Origin: Octopus vulgaris
Taxonomy: Eukaryota
DNA length: 64,000 bases
Direction of reading: 5' to 3'
NCBI GenBank assembly: GCA_951406725.2
Contig: OX597830.1
Location: 53,506,001 to 53,570,000, forward strand
Positions 1-59,436 of this stretch are shown here, piece by piece. The notes beneath the pieces are model-generated. The model made no database searches. It was given only the letters and a program-made list of their open reading frames with translations, and was not told the DNA's origin. How positions within the stretch are numbered: the first letter of the stretch is position 1; the number at the start of each line of letters is the position of its first letter. Both the position numbers and the translations under genes were made by a program.

Positions 1-998
1 AAAAAAAAATAAAGGGTGGGGGGGTAACTTGAATAACATAATTTGATTGATATTTTGGAACAATTAAAACTGCAAATTGGATTTGGTAATTGATCTCATT
101 AGAGGTATGTCTCCGTCGTTGAGTTTTATTTATTTTTTTTTAACTCAGTAAAGAGGTGGGGGATCTTTGTATACTAATTACTTGAATAATCTCCGTTGAT
201 TGTAGCTTACTATATTACATTTACTGTAAATTATTTCTAAAATACGTTATCATCCTCTCAATTCAACCAACCCTGGTCCTTTGCGACTTTTCTTTTCATC
301 AAAATCTTACCAATCTTGTTTATTTTTGTTTGTTGTGGTTTCTGTCCTATGTTTTTATTTTTTGCTGTGTGCTTTGTTTACAACATGCTGCTTGTTTCCT
401 AAATACATGATAGTATACCACCATACAATTTGTGCCGAATGTTTTGATACTATTTGGACAGTCTGAGAAAACTAATAGTTAGATTTTTTGTTGGTGGGGT
501 GGGGGGGTTTAGTAAATTGGAATAGATATAAAAAAAACAGACCAACAAAATCTAATAATAACTGGAATGTAGTTGAACAGAAGTAAAGAACGGTACGGTG
601 TTTGGTGTACTGTTAGATGAAAATAGATGACGTGTCTCTTTTATGCTTAAGGCATGGAGTACACGAATAACAAGAATGTTTTGATGCCAAAACAACCTGA
701 ACAAAGAGCAGGAATGTTAAGTACATATCTCATATGGGGGTATATAGTTTTGTGTATATGTGTGCACGCATGTATAATATATATAATGTAATGAAGTGTA
801 GTTGAAGACATAGTTAACTGGGGAGAAGGGGATCGAGTCACTTCCCCGTGTTGTTCCCTTGCTGCTGTCATTTCAGTTTCCTTCGCACATGTCATAGTTT
901 CTGTCCTCGAGCCATCCTCTCTAGTTTTATAAACATATGCAAATAGTATTCTTTCACCTCTGGATTCACTCACCTCTTTATATATATGTATATAAAGA

Positions 999-1110
999 GG
1001 AGCTTTAGGTGTTTTCACTCAATAAACACCCACAAGGCCAGGTCTGGGAATCGAAACTGTGATCCTCCGACCATGAGTCTGCTGCCTAACCACTGGGCCA
1101 TTGCGCCTCC
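999..1110 (-). mobile_element. tRNA-derived SINE head (same family as 27119)
   Basis: rc GGAGGCGCAATGGCCCAGTGG (A box) ... GTTTCGATTCC (B box). Confidence 0.8.
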
Positions 1111-1461
1111 ACTATATATATATAGATATATACATGTATATATGTATACTTATATATATATACATACATGTATATACATATATATATGTGTATATATATA
1201 CATATATGTGTATATATATACATATATGTGTATATATATACATATGTATATATATATGTGTGTGTATCTCTATTAGAGGAGGCTCTCAATAATAGGAGTA
1301 TTTCAAAACGGTAGTCTTCATCGTGGCTACAAATTTGAGCTGAAACTAAATATATGTGTATGTATATATAATATGTGTATATATATATATCTATGTATGT
1401 ATACACATAGGATTTATGATGTATGTATAACATCTAATATATAGATAGGTAATGTGTGCTT

Positions 1462-1830
1462 GTGCTGTAAGAAGCTTGCTCCGAATGACATGGTTCTGGG
1501 TTGAGTCCCACTGCATGGCACCTTGGGCAAGCGTCTTCTACTGTAGATCTAGCCGACCAAAGCCTTGTGAATATATTTAGTGGACGGAAACTGACAGAAG
1601 CCTGTTATATATATATACATATATATATCTATGTGTGTTTGTACCTCAACCATCACTTGACAACTAATGTTGGTGTATCTACATTCCTGTAAACTAATGT
1701 TTCGCCAAAAGAGGCTGATATAATAAGTACTAGGCTTACAAAAATTAAGTCCTGTGGTTGTATTGTTCAACTAAAGGTGGTTCTCTAGCATGGCCACAGT
1801 CAAATGAATGAAACAAGTAAAAGAATAAAA
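1462..1830 (+). mobile_element. tRNA-derived SINE family 1, diverged
   Basis: Aligns by eye along its length to the cleaner copy at 24421-24843. Confidence 0.8.
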
Positions 1831-4800
1831 ATGTGCATGTGTGTGTGTGTGTGTGATCATGTATATTGTAGGTTTGTTTTTGTCTGTTTCCTAATAACAT
1901 TGCATTCTTCTCTCTCTATCTGTCTCTTTATATCTTTCCCTTCTAATATCAGTCACTAGATATATGGAGCTAGTGGTGGTTTGTGTTAGCAAGTGTAAAA
2001 AGTAAACTAGGAGTAGGGAAAGTATTTTTCAATTCATATATTTTAAAGGAGAAGTAGTGTCCATGACATTTTTTTTTTTTTTTTTTTTGGTCCGGAACTT
2101 TTGAGATGAGTAGGGTGGGAATCTGAGATGAAAGGAAGGAGGGAGAAACCGTCAGGTGTTGGAGTCAGCAGCTGCAAGTCGAGGCAGTTATCTCCCCTCA
2201 TGCCAGAGACCTGCTCTAAACGGTTGCAACAAGATGAGTTCTGCTAAAGATATTGTTCTTCTGCCCTGATACCTGCAGTGGCCACCTGGTACCAGTGTGA
2301 AAACACCAGCAGGGTTTTGAGTCTTACCATAAAAAGAGTTAGCATCTGTAACAAGTTTTTAGCGAAGCTGATCTGAATGCTCCTTGCCTAAATGGGTTTC
2401 AAAATCTTTGTTTACGTTATCCAAAAAGACATTTTAATTTTTCTGATGAAGTTTTAGTTAATTCATTCAAAAAATGTTCATCCTCATCTTCTCTTTCTTT
2501 GTCATGGTCTCTTAATCCTCGTAGACATCATTTTACCCCAATGTGTTTCCTAACTTCACTTCTAGACACACATATATACACGTACCATGCACACACTTCT
2601 TTATGTAATGAAGAGAGTAAAAAACAATACTTCTTTAAACTCTTGTGTTGATAATTCTATTATGGAAAAAATATGTATTTCTTAATCATTTGGGCATGTA
2701 ATTTAGATTAGTTCTAAATGTCTGTTGTTTTGGTCCTTTCATATACTTCCATACTTAGCTACATAGATGGGAATTTTCTACCCTTGAAATATGTGTCTGT
2801 ATGGTGCAGTGCACTTAAGGTATGTGCTTCAAAACAAAAAAAAAAAGAGTGATTAAATTAAAGTAATTTTTTTTTATTTATAAGCTGAGAATACGGGTAC
2901 AATATCAAGTATTTTCTTTTTTTACAGAAAAAATTACGTCCAAGTTCTGTAACAGTTATTTTATCATCATTTTTTTTCCTTTTCTAGACAAACAATTTCC
3001 TTTTGGCTTTTAGTTGTTTTATCCATTCTTTCTGTCTGTTTGTCTATCTTACTGTCTATGTTTGTAGCCCTATTTGTCTGCCTGTTTATCTCTCTCTATC
3101 TCTCACTGCGTTTGTATCTCTCTATCAAAACAGCAAACAGTACCTTATTCAATACCACAATTTAGTTATTCTGTCATTTCATTTTATTCACTTCTCTCTT
3201 TCTCTCTCTGATTTTTGTAACAGCTGAAAAAGAAAACCAACAGATAAGACAAAAAGTATCAATTTGATTGATGTACCAATGTTTAAACAATTATCATTAT
3301 TACTATTATTATTATTGCCTTTTACATATATGTATATCTCATTTGTCATAAAAAAGCATTTATAAATGGAAAAAAAATTGCCAAAAAAACTGTACTGGAT
3401 ACTAATTGAAATTTTAATTTAGATTTTGAAATATTATTATTATGTTTATCTCTTTCTGATTTAATTTTCTTTTATGTTAAATACATTTCATTTATTTTGA
3501 TTTTGTAAAAACAGTATCTTCAAAGACATTTAACAAAAACAAAAACCAATAATAATAATATTAATTAGTATTAATTATTTATAAAACAGGAAGGTATTCG
3601 ATACCAACAACATGGTATTTGAGTAGAAATGTTTTCTTTTAAAAAACAAAACACCAGTAGAAAAAAAATAGAAAAAATACATAAAAATGCATCTAATATG
3701 TGCTGTCCCCTTTTGTCCCTTTCTCCTGCTCAAGGGATTTTTTTTTTCAATTTTGGGTATGGAGGAGTTGAATAAGTAAAAGTTTTTAATTTAATCAGAT
3801 TTTAATTACCATTTTGTCATCAATGATTAACATCCTTAATGTCATTAATATTAGCTGTTAGTATTGGGGGAAAATACCTTGCAGTATTTGTTCTAGGTCT
3901 TTATGTTCCAAATTCAAATCCAACTGAGATCAACTTTACATTTTATCCCTCCAATATAAGATACTTACATACTGCGAGTGATGTCAATTGACTAAGCCCT
4001 TAACTTCAGAGTTGTTGGCCTTGTGCCTAAATTAGAAATAGCAACAACAATAATGATGAGGGCATAAATTTATGAATTTAGATATTAAATAAAAATTTAG
4101 AGATTCAGTAATAACGATGCTATTAAATTTCTTGTCAGTCCTCCTCGTTATCTACTTTAGGTTTATATTATGACTGTCCTTTGCATTTTTACACGAATTC
4201 AGAGATAGGTAGATATAGATGCATCTAGGTACATGTAGCTGGACAGATACTTTGATAGACAGTGATATATCACCATACACCAAATGTACACATATACGTA
4301 CCTACCACTATGTAATAGAATGTTCCTGATTACACACACACCCCTACACACAATATATCTAAGAAAGAAGCTACTTTTTGGCATTGATCCATTCTGAACC
4401 TGTTGTCTAAGGTGTGCACAGGTACATAACAGTGTTTCAATAGACTATAAGCATGGCTTGTGGGGGTATGTGACTTTGTGGTTAGGGTATTTGGCCCATG
4501 ATTGTAAGGTCTTAATTTCTGTTCCTGGCAGTGCATTGCGTCCTTGAGCAAGTCATTTTATCTCTCACTGCTCCAATCCATTTAGCTGGCAAAACAAGTT
4601 GCACCTGTAATTGAAAGAGCCAACCTTGTCACATTCTGTGCCATGCTGAATCTCCCCTAAGAACTTCTTTAAGGATGTAAAGAACCAAAGCTAAACACCA
4701 AAAGGAATTTGCCCAATGCTCTAACAATTCTGCCAATCCACTTCTCTAATAACAATAATGATAGGTAGTTTGTTAATGATCACTACATTTATTATGTTAA

Positions 4801-4883
4801 TACATTCTTCATGTTTATGGCACCTTTAAGCATTGTGTGGATACGTGTGTATGTCTGTGTATTTGTGTGTGTATGTATGTATG

Positions 4884-4923
<40 letters not shown>

Positions 4924-5640
4924 GTGTTTGAAAAACTGTAAACAGCGAAATCACTTCACATATTACAAAGACTTCCTTCCAAAAGGTCTGTGTCATTCTA
5001 TTTTCTTTTAAGCTTTCATATAATTAATAATTTGTAATTTTAAACATAGTGACTAAGCACATTTGGTCAGGATAAGATGCTAGTTTGCATACAAGGCTAA
5101 GAACAGTTGATTTATATTTTATCTCCAACATTGCATCCTTCTGTCTGTAAGTTAGGTACCATGTGAAGGTATTGTTTACTGTTGGATATGGTTTTGTATA
5201 TAGCAACGATGGGTTGAGTTTGTATAGTGGTTGTACTATCTTGAAGCATTAATAGGAAGCTGTTACCAGATACCCTTTGCCATCCTCCTCCCTCTCTCTC
5301 ACACACACATATGCATTGTTTGTTGTTTGAGCTAAGTTAACACTTCTCATTTGCGATGTCTTCACATTGAAAAGTGCAAAAATATATTAAGAATTCAGAA
5401 AGAAAAGATTTAAAGAATTCTTGCCCAAACAAATACCAAAGACCCAATCTTTGCTAATGTGACAGTATTAGGAGTCATTACTTCTAGCACTGTTACTTTA
5501 CCAAATTCTTTGTCTTTGAATTTTCAGTTTCACCTGGAGATTAGCCTTAAAGTGGCATGAAATTCAAAAGATAAAATTGCAACAAATCTATAGCTTCACT
5601 TAGCACTTTTCAATGAAATCAATCTCTCTCTCTCTATCTA

Positions 5641-5684
<44 letters not shown>

Positions 5685-7074
5685 TTGAATGAATTCAGTT
5701 AAAAAAAGTCCTTTTAAATATTTTATTGTATTACTCAATGAATTTTTTCCAATAGGAAATAATTAGTCAGTAAAAAGTATTTTCATAGTTCACATAATTT
5801 CCATATTGAGTTTCTATGTTATGGTTTTATATGAGGGAGAGAAAGAGAGAATTGATATACAAGCACCAAAAAATAAATCCATGGGAATTTAGAGTTCAGT
5901 TAATTACAGGCCGTTAAACTCCATCACATTATTCCATTGCAGTAAATTATATATTTAATGATGTTTATATTAAAGAAACAGCTGTTAAGCACAATTAAAG
6001 CATGAACTATATGTGAAATTTATGCTTTTCTGCTATGTATGTATACATGTACTCTGCTCCAAGTATTTTCCTCTATTTTCTACCTTGCAACCATCTTTTT
6101 TTTATAATTTGAAAATGCTTTGGGATTCTTCATCTTCTCGAGTAGAAGAATCAGTCTATTGAGAAAGTAATTTCATGGATTATGGAATGGCCCCTTGTAA
6201 AGAAAGGAAGTTTAAAAAAATTTTTTATATTGTTTGCTTCTAGAATGTCTGCATTAAGCAATAACTTTAATCTGTGGTGTTATCACAACAGTGAAGGATT
6301 GCCAATGATATATTAATTAGGAGTATCTGTCTGTCAATAGTTACTAGTTAATTAATTATTCAGGCAGGTTAATTAATTTTGATGACCTTGAATTTTTTTC
6401 TTGTTTTGTTTTTTTTACTCTCTTATTAATATGTAAAAAGTGTGTCAGATGGCTGAGGAGGTAGAGTACTAGAAGAGTACTTGAGTACTCAATGAAAGAG
6501 TCCTTTGTACCTTCTTACTTATACCAAACTATGTCTGCCGCTAAAACACTCAACTGTCACTGGCTCAAGGAGAGTATTGTGAATGTGATGACGGATTCTT
6601 TTTTTTTTTTTTATTTAACTTCCTTGAGTATAGATTGTTGGGAGTATTGGTGTTCATCAGTTTCACTTGCCTTGAAATTACTCCACACGGGGACAATGTA
6701 TTCACTGCTGCTCTAGTATGTTTAAAGGGACTTACAAAGATATGAAGAAATATTTCATTTGCAATTTGCATGTTCACCTCTCTATTTCTCACTTAATAGC
6801 TTATTTGGACCCCTCTCCCACCCACTTCTTTGATCCCTTCCTTTTTAATTATCTTTCAAAGGATTCAGTGATTGATTCACATAAAAAAACAAGAAAACAA
6901 AACAAAAATTTAATTTTTTTTTTAATTCTAAAAATATTTTAATTTTTTTAATCGGCTTTATTTTTCTTATTTTTCAGTTACCTTATATTTACAAATGGGT
7001 TGTCTTTAAGCGGCCAATAGGTTGGCTGTTTTAGGTTATGTATGTATGTGTGTGCGTTCTTATCTATCTATCTA

Positions 7075-7119
<45 letters not shown>

Positions 7120-7589
7120 ATGCACAAGCACAAGCAATGTAAAGGCATAGACTTCTTAGTTGTGGTTTTTAGCTTTTGGTTGGTAGTTGAAGTTTGTCAT
7201 CATCACCATCATTATTATCTGTCATCCTCCTTCTCATCACCATCATCGTCTTCACCAATCATCATCATCATCTACATTATCATTACCATCTCCATCAAAT
7301 TATCGTCTTTGTTGGTATCCTCTGGAAAAAAACCCCAAAAAAACAAACAAAACTTGACACCGATATTTTAGTTTGCCAGAATTGGTGTAAAAAAAACAAA
7401 AATGAAAAGAAAAAAAATGGGAGCAAGTACATGAAAATGATATTTTTTTTTAGCAACGACGTTTGTGTTTCAATTTTTGGCAGGGAAAAAAAATTTTAAG
7501 ACAAAATTTAAAAAAATATAAATAATAAACAATAACAGCTCTCAAGTTTAAATGAACACTAACACCAGCATTCAGAATGTCACATCATG

Positions 7590-7800
7590 TGTGCCACATG
7601 TCTTGTACACCAGCACTACTATACCATGGTGTGTATATTGAGTACCACATGGTGCATACGCTGTGTAATGTACCACCACTTGGTGTATACCACATCATGT
7701 GTGCATTGTTGTACCACATGATGTGTATACCAACACAGCCACACCATGTATACACTATCACATGGTGTGTACACCAACATTACCACATTGCATCGTGTTC
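7590..7800. repeat. Degenerate minisatellite (taccacatggtgt-like)
   Basis: Recurring TACCAC and ATGGTGTG units. Confidence 0.6.
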
Positions 7801-8219
7801 TCAGCTTTAAGCCGAAGATGATGTTATAAAAATAAATAAATAAAACTCAATTGGACATAAATGGAATTGTTGATATGCAAATAATATTCAAGGAACATTT
7901 TTTTGTACTGAATGATGATAATAATAATAATAAAAACTGTCTATATATACCTTGTTGTTTTTGTTGTTGCTTCAGTTTGGACATGAATGAGAACTGTGAT
8001 CAAAGGTGTTCCAACCAGGATCCTTGTATCTTATGCATAATATGGTTCTTTCTTTTTGTTTTATAATAAACTAGCAGACCTACGTGGTGTTGCTCGGGAT
8101 TTAAATGGCATAGTTTGTATATTATGGTACAATCAAGTTGTACATATATTTGTATAAATGTATATATATATATATATATATAGATATGTGTGATATAGAT
8201 ATGTGTGTGTATATATAAA

Positions 8220-9860
8220 TTAAATTAGAGATAAAACCACTATTAGGCAAATCAAACAATGAAAAACATAAAAATAAACATAATATAATATACAAAATAT
8301 ATTTTATATTTTTAAAATTTTAAACTTTAATTTATTTTTTTAAATATATATAACTATCAAAAAGTATTAAAAAGTTTAATAAAAGATAATAAGTAAAACC
8401 ACTACGTACATTTCATGGCCATAACCTGATTCGAATTACTATAATTTAAATTCAATTAAAAATACGAATTATAGTTATAGTCAATCTTTAGGTTAATGAT
8501 AATAGTTAAATAAATAAGCAAATATATTTAAACAATATTTTTTAAGAAATAAATAAAATAATTTTTCTTATAAAAAACTCTATTATCAAACTAGAAACTT
8601 TAACGATTAGGATTATGTCATACAATCCAATTATAATGTTAAATATTAATTTTTAAGGTAAAAATAGATAGAAAATGTATTTATCTATTCAGATATAATA
8701 TGGCTTTAAAAAACATAATAAACTCACGAATAACCTAATTATTAACAAAAAAATAATCACTATTCATATTATTAAATTTAAGTTCAAATCTAATAATTAT
8801 AAAATATTTGAATAATAACTAAATTATTATCAATAAATATATATAAATATAATAATTAAGATCTAAAATTATCTCTATCAATAAATATATGTATTATAAA
8901 AAACTAAATAAATTAATTATTCCATTATTACTTATGAAATATATTAAAAAAATTAAAGATGAAAAAGCAAATTGTAAACATAATCTATCTTTAAAAAACC
9001 CTATAACTATTTAACGATCAATATATCTCAGCTAATTAATAACTTACAAAAACCGTATAGTTATGATCTAATAATGAAATACATATCTTCAACAACTAAA
9101 TACTTATACAATCAAATTATCAATACGTAGTTATATAGTATCCAATAAAAACCATATAACATAAATTATTAAAATGTTAAAATGAATTTAATAAAAAGGT
9201 TTACTTATTTTTCAAAAATCGTGTCATTAACTAAACTAATAATAAACAAATAGAAAATTCTTTAACTATGAAAACTACGAATATATTTTATCAATGAAAA
9301 ATACTACTACAAATTATCAATTGAAAATAGCTATATTTAAGCTATAATAGAACTAAGTCAACTATAAGAGATATTTATGAATATATAACATGGCTTAAAA
9401 AAACATAATAAACTCACAAATATCCTTAACTCAGTTATAGTTCAAAAATTTTATTACCAAATTATTTAAGTAAATAATCATTATTCATATTTTAGATTTA
9501 AGTTCACATCTAATAATTATAAAATATTTAAAAATAATAACTAAATTACTATCAAATATAGTGATTAAAAACTAAAATTTATGCTATTAATAAATGTATA
9601 GACATATAAAGAAAAATAAATAAATTAATCCAATACTACTTACATAAATATTAATATAATTATGAGATAGATTAAAACCAGAAACCTAACTTTAAAAAAA
9701 TCATTAACTATTAACGATCTATATATCTCTTTGGCTAAGTAAAATCTTAAAAATAACGTAGTTAAAATCTAAAAATTATATACATAACTTCAACAACTAG
9801 ATCATTACATAACAATCAGTATTTATATAATATACAAAATAATACAATAAGACTTATTAA
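8220..9860. mobile_element. Highly AT-shifted Penelope-like relic with an internal ~440-bp duplication
   Basis: Starts with attaaattagagataaaaccactattaggcaaatcaaa, shared with 58105-58143 (inverted) and 59210. Has a decayed minus-strand hammerhead at 8399-8495. 8690-9125 is similar to 9380-9815. Confidence 0.6.
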
Positions 9861-9959
9861 AATATTTAAAAGTATATATGTGTATATATATATATATGTG
9901 TGTGTATATATATAGATATGTAATATGTACACATATATACATACACACACAAACACAGT

Positions 9960-10720
9960 GGATGTGGTTGGCAAGACCAATACAAAAGAGGTAAATCCTG
10001 CGACTTACACAGACTACCATGGCCTCCAAACAATTGGGAGGTAAACTGCATAAAATGAATGACTGCTTGAGGCCTGCCACTAGTCTTGATTTTGCTGAAG
10101 AGGATAAACTTTGGGAGCCAGTTATCTAGCATCTGAATCACAACCAACTTAACAAAAGATGCTGGAGATTGTAGTCTTCATCAATCTAACAAAGCTGTTT
10201 GACAAGGTCGACTCTCCTATGGTGTGGCGCCTGCTTCAGAAGTTTGGCTGTCCACCAACATTTTTCTTTATCATCCAGAGGTTTCATGACAGTATATGCA
10301 AGCAAGAGTGTCACTCTTTAATGTCTAAGTGGGGGTAAAATAAGGACGCATTCATGCCCCTGTGCTGTTTAATGTTTGCCTAGTGGCTGTAACCCTTCTT
10401 TCAAGGAGACAGTTCACCAAAGAAGATGGAATTCATATCAAGTGCTACTATGATGACAGTATCATTAACAATTGCTGTCTGAAAGCTACATCAAAACCTT
10501 GCTCATCTGTGGTGTATGAAATTCAATATGCAGATGATTCCGCTGCCCCATCTCATACTCCTGCCTTTCTTCAACACATGATTAACTCAATGACCAGAAA
10601 TTATTCTGTTTGGTCTTCAAGTGAATCATTGAAAAACTGAAGCTCCCCAGTCAGCCTTCCTGTATTTACTCCTCCCCAACCCCCCATCCCAGTTCTTATT
10701 GATGATGCTCCTCTATCACA
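9960..10720 (+). mobile_element. Degenerate RTE-clade LINE reverse transcriptase fragment
   Basis: Translations VFINLTKLFDKV..VWRLLQKFGCP, GVK*G.IHAPVLFN and EIQYADDSA, with stops and frameshifts. Confidence 0.85.
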
Positions 10721-11511
10721 GGTGGACTCACTACCTCATAATTGTGAGCCCAATGCTCTAACCACTGAGCCATGCTTCCTGCCCACACATGCGCCAGTCC
10801 CTCTTCCGCCGGCCCCCGCAAGCCTTACTTCCATTCACCTCATCTGCAATCCCCTCCACCAACACTACATAGCTCCATCACAGCCCATAACACTACTAAC
10901 ACCACAATTATAATATCCAAAAGCTGATGAACCAACTAAATTGTTTCTCCATTTTCTTATTTGTATTATAAATTAATGGTAAAATATTTCTTTACTTTCA
11001 CCCATTTAATAAAATAAATAAGTTAATTGCATTGCAATTAAAAACATTTATGTATTAAGAATTTGGGTATTATACCAACAGTATATTTGGATAAATATTA
11101 TCCCTTAGTAGGTTGGATCCATAACCCCTTTACTTACTTGGTGTTATATATATCTTACATTATCTAATGACCCTGTTACCTTTAAGAAATATTTTTTCTC
11201 TCTAAATGAAAAATTCATACTAAATTTGTTTTTGCCACAAAATAACCTTGTAAATTAGGGTGTATCTTATATGCTGGCAAATAGGGTAATTAACAATACA
11301 AAGTTATGCAGACCAACATGCTGGTAGAGTATTTTTGACAGAGCTGCCTCATTCACATTATTGAAAGCTTTTTATTAGATAATGAAAATTTGGACAAGAT
11401 TTCTCATGTTCTCCTCATCTGTAACCATCTTGATATAAATATCATATCCATTGTTCCTCTACCAGGATGCAAACTACACAGAGATTCAGGAAAGACGTCA
11501 ATTACACAGAT

Positions 11512-11895
11512 ATCATCATTGTTTAGCGTCCGCTTTCCATGCTGGCATGGGTTGGACAGTGCAACTGGGGTCTGGGAAGCCAGAAGGCTGTACCAGGCCC
11601 AGTCTGATCTGGCAATGTTTCTACGGCTGGATGCCCTTCCTAACGCCAACCACTCCATGAGTGTAGTAGGTGCTTCTTACGTGCCAGACGAGGCTGGCAA
11701 ACGGTCACGATCGGATGGTGCTTTTTACGTGCCACCAGCATGGAAGCCAGTCGGGGCGGCGCTGGCAACGGCCACGTTCAGATGGTTCTCTTATGTGCCA
11801 CCGGCACTGGTATCACAGCTACAATTTCCATTCATGTTGATCGATTTTGATTTTTGATTTTGATTTTCACTTGCCTCAACAGGTCTTCACAACCT
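11512..11895 (-). mobile_element. Short repeat with RTE-type 3' end and (GAT)n tail. Other copies: 23687-24070 (+), 28823-29193, 37408-37560, 41760-41940, 43550-43682, 52112-52270, 59735-60078 (+), 62594-62870 (-)
   Basis: Shared core ttaggaagggcatccagctgtagaaac...ccaacccatgctagcatggaaagcggacgttaaacgatgatg; the RTE link is inferred. Confidence 0.75.
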
Positions 11896-12859
11896 TGCTG
11901 ACATCTGACAGCAGAGTAATACATCTGGAGTTGCCACCCTTTATTTCTGGCACTATCTCTTTTCTAAAAAAAAAAAAATGAATCTTGCCAGTTTTTTAGG
12001 AACAGCACCATCTCTGTAAACAACATAAATAAACTCATGAAGATTCTTTGCAATATGATTGCCCCCAAAGCACAACACAAAAATAGGAAAAAATACTGAA
12101 CACAAACAATGGATGGAAAATTTTTATAATTTTTGTTCTCTTTTAATTAATTTAAAATTTTTTCTCATGTTTTTATATTTCTTTAATATTTTTTTGTTAT
12201 TTCTATTAATTTATCTTAATTTAAACTTAAATTATTGTGGAAATGTGTGTATGGAGCAAGAGGTGAGTAGAGAAGAAGGAAAGAGAATGATCGTCACCAA
12301 TGCTGCAAATGACACCAATTTTTACACAAGTCAGCAAGTATCGGACACTTCCAGAGAAAAACTTTTGTACATGTGTCTTTGTGTTGTTCAGAGTTTTAGA
12401 ACAAGTGTGTGAGCCCTGGATTGTTCTGTAGTCTGTAGTTCCATAGACAATAGACAAAATGGGGTGGGGAGAAAATAAAAATAAGAAAAAAACCCCAAAA
12501 AAACAAACAAAAAAAGGGAAAGAAGCATAGAGAAAGACAAATTAAGAAAGAAAGAAAGAAAGAAAGACAACAGAAGAAAATCAATTTGGTTTCTTTCTTC
12601 AATTTGGACAAATAATTTCTGTAGTGTGCAGTCGACAGTCATCATCATCATCAATCTTTTATTTATTAGTCATGGAAGGTAAACAGATAAAATTCTCAAG
12701 AGAAACGAAGAGGAAAAAATATGAAGGAAACAAAAAAGAAATGACAAAGTCTCCAATAACATCCTTCACCAGGTTTGTATCACAGTTTTTGTGTATGGGG
12801 GGGGGTGATCATGAGAAAGGAAAAAAAATAATATCAGGCAGTGTCCATGTTTTTTTTAT

Positions 12860-13810
12860 ATGATATTACTGGTTATCACAAAGTTGTCTGTGTAGAGTAG
12901 TATGTGATGTCGTTGATACCCACATGTTGTACAACTAACATGATGTATTGATATCACTAATTGCACATGTACACACATGTATAATGTTTAGCTTTGATAA
13001 CACCAGTGGTCTAGATGCATATGTGTATAATAAAATATCGCTTGATATCAACAACTGCATAGTTATATGTAACATGCTATATCATTGGAGATCAACAATT
13101 GTAAATGTATGTGTGTGTATATATAACATTATCAACATGAGATATTTTGATATCACCAACTGTTCAGATATATATAACAAGATACATTATTTGATATCAC
13201 TAATTGTTCAGGTATAGTATTATTACTGATACCACTTAAATATCTTTGTACAATATGAGTGATATTACACCAAGTGCTCATGCACAAGTTGGTATCCATG
13301 TACAATACGATATTGTTGTTATATAAATGATTTTTGATATCAACACATAATGTTGATATTGTTAATACCACTGAGGATGTGTTTCTAACAGGATATAGCT
13401 GAACCTCATCATATCCATTTATAAGAATGCCATATTGATGTATAAAATATGATATTGTTGAACTAAAACATGTCCAGGTATGACATAATAATAATAATGG
13501 TATCACCAAGTATCCATGATATTTCAGACTATCCTTGTTGATATTACTGGTAGCAATAAGTGTCAGGTTGATATATTAAATATCACATAGTGTTCTCATG
13601 TTGCTGCTATTAATATTACAAGCTGTTTGTGTTGATACCATAAATATCGTCACATGGTCTCATGTTGACACTGTCAATGACACCAAATTATATTTATATC
13701 GATATCACCAAATATGTCAATGTTGTTATTGTTGATAACACTAACTGCTCATGTGATTGTAGATATCATCCATCCCACTGTCCATATCGATATTACAGAT
13801 ATCATCATGT
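12860..13810. repeat. Degenerate GATATC-cored tandem array in the presumed PIK3C3 3' UTR
   Basis: About 20 or more recurrences of ttgatatcacc-like words at roughly 30-45 nt spacing. Confidence 0.65.
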
Positions 13811-13840
13811 TGCCATCTTAACCAAAACACCTGCTCATGC

Positions 13841-58801
<44,961 letters not shown>

Positions 58802-58959
58802 CTAGAAACAGATAATTATCAGAAATGCAATTATTGAAGATTAGGCTCATAGGAGAAATACACAATTGTAAACACATACACAAACAATATTCATGTTCAC
58901 ACAACAAACATGTATACATGCAAACAGTATACACACATTACTGATGGCCATTAGTAATG

Positions 58960-59110
58960 TGGAGGTGCTTGAGAGGAGTGGCAGTAGAAGTACAGAGTCA
59001 ATGATTTTGCAAAGATGTTTGAGAGGTGGGTGGGGACATTGGATGAGTGATGAGTGACTGCCCAAGCAGCTATTGTATGGTGAGCTGGAAGATGGCAGGA
59101 GACCAGCCCA
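58960..59110 (+). mobile_element. RTE (BovB-like) LINE fragment
   Basis: LRWVG..MSDE*LPKQLLYGELEDGRRP. Confidence 0.7.
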
Positions 59111-59159
59111 TAGAACTTTTCTCATGTAATGAGGAATCAGCTGTGTGTGATACATACAT

Positions 59160-59215
<56 letters not shown>

Positions 59216-59358
59216 TTAGAGATAAAACCACTATTAGGCAAATCAAAATATTGGTTTTATCTCTAATTTAATATAAATATATATATTTATACTATAAAAT
59301 TAGATTTAATCCTAAATCTAATTTTTCCCTGTAAGTTTGGATTTACTTCCTATATTAT

Positions 59359-59436
<78 letters not shown>

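Noticed and set aside
1-8070. Long 3' UTR of a convergent plus-strand gene ending near AATAAA at ~7833 or ~8065
   Set aside because: Composition is suggestive, but there is no coding exon or other direct evidence; RNA-seq is needed.
8220-9860. Mitochondrial insertion (NUMT) or foreign AT-rich DNA
   Set aside because: No recognisable mitochondrial gene, tRNA or rRNA; the terminus is shared with the hammerhead-bearing repeat at 57917-58225.
11390-11857. 155-aa ORF, and similar ORFs at 59612 and 62618, as a novel protein family
   Set aside because: The similarity arises because all three overlap copies of the same short interspersed repeat.
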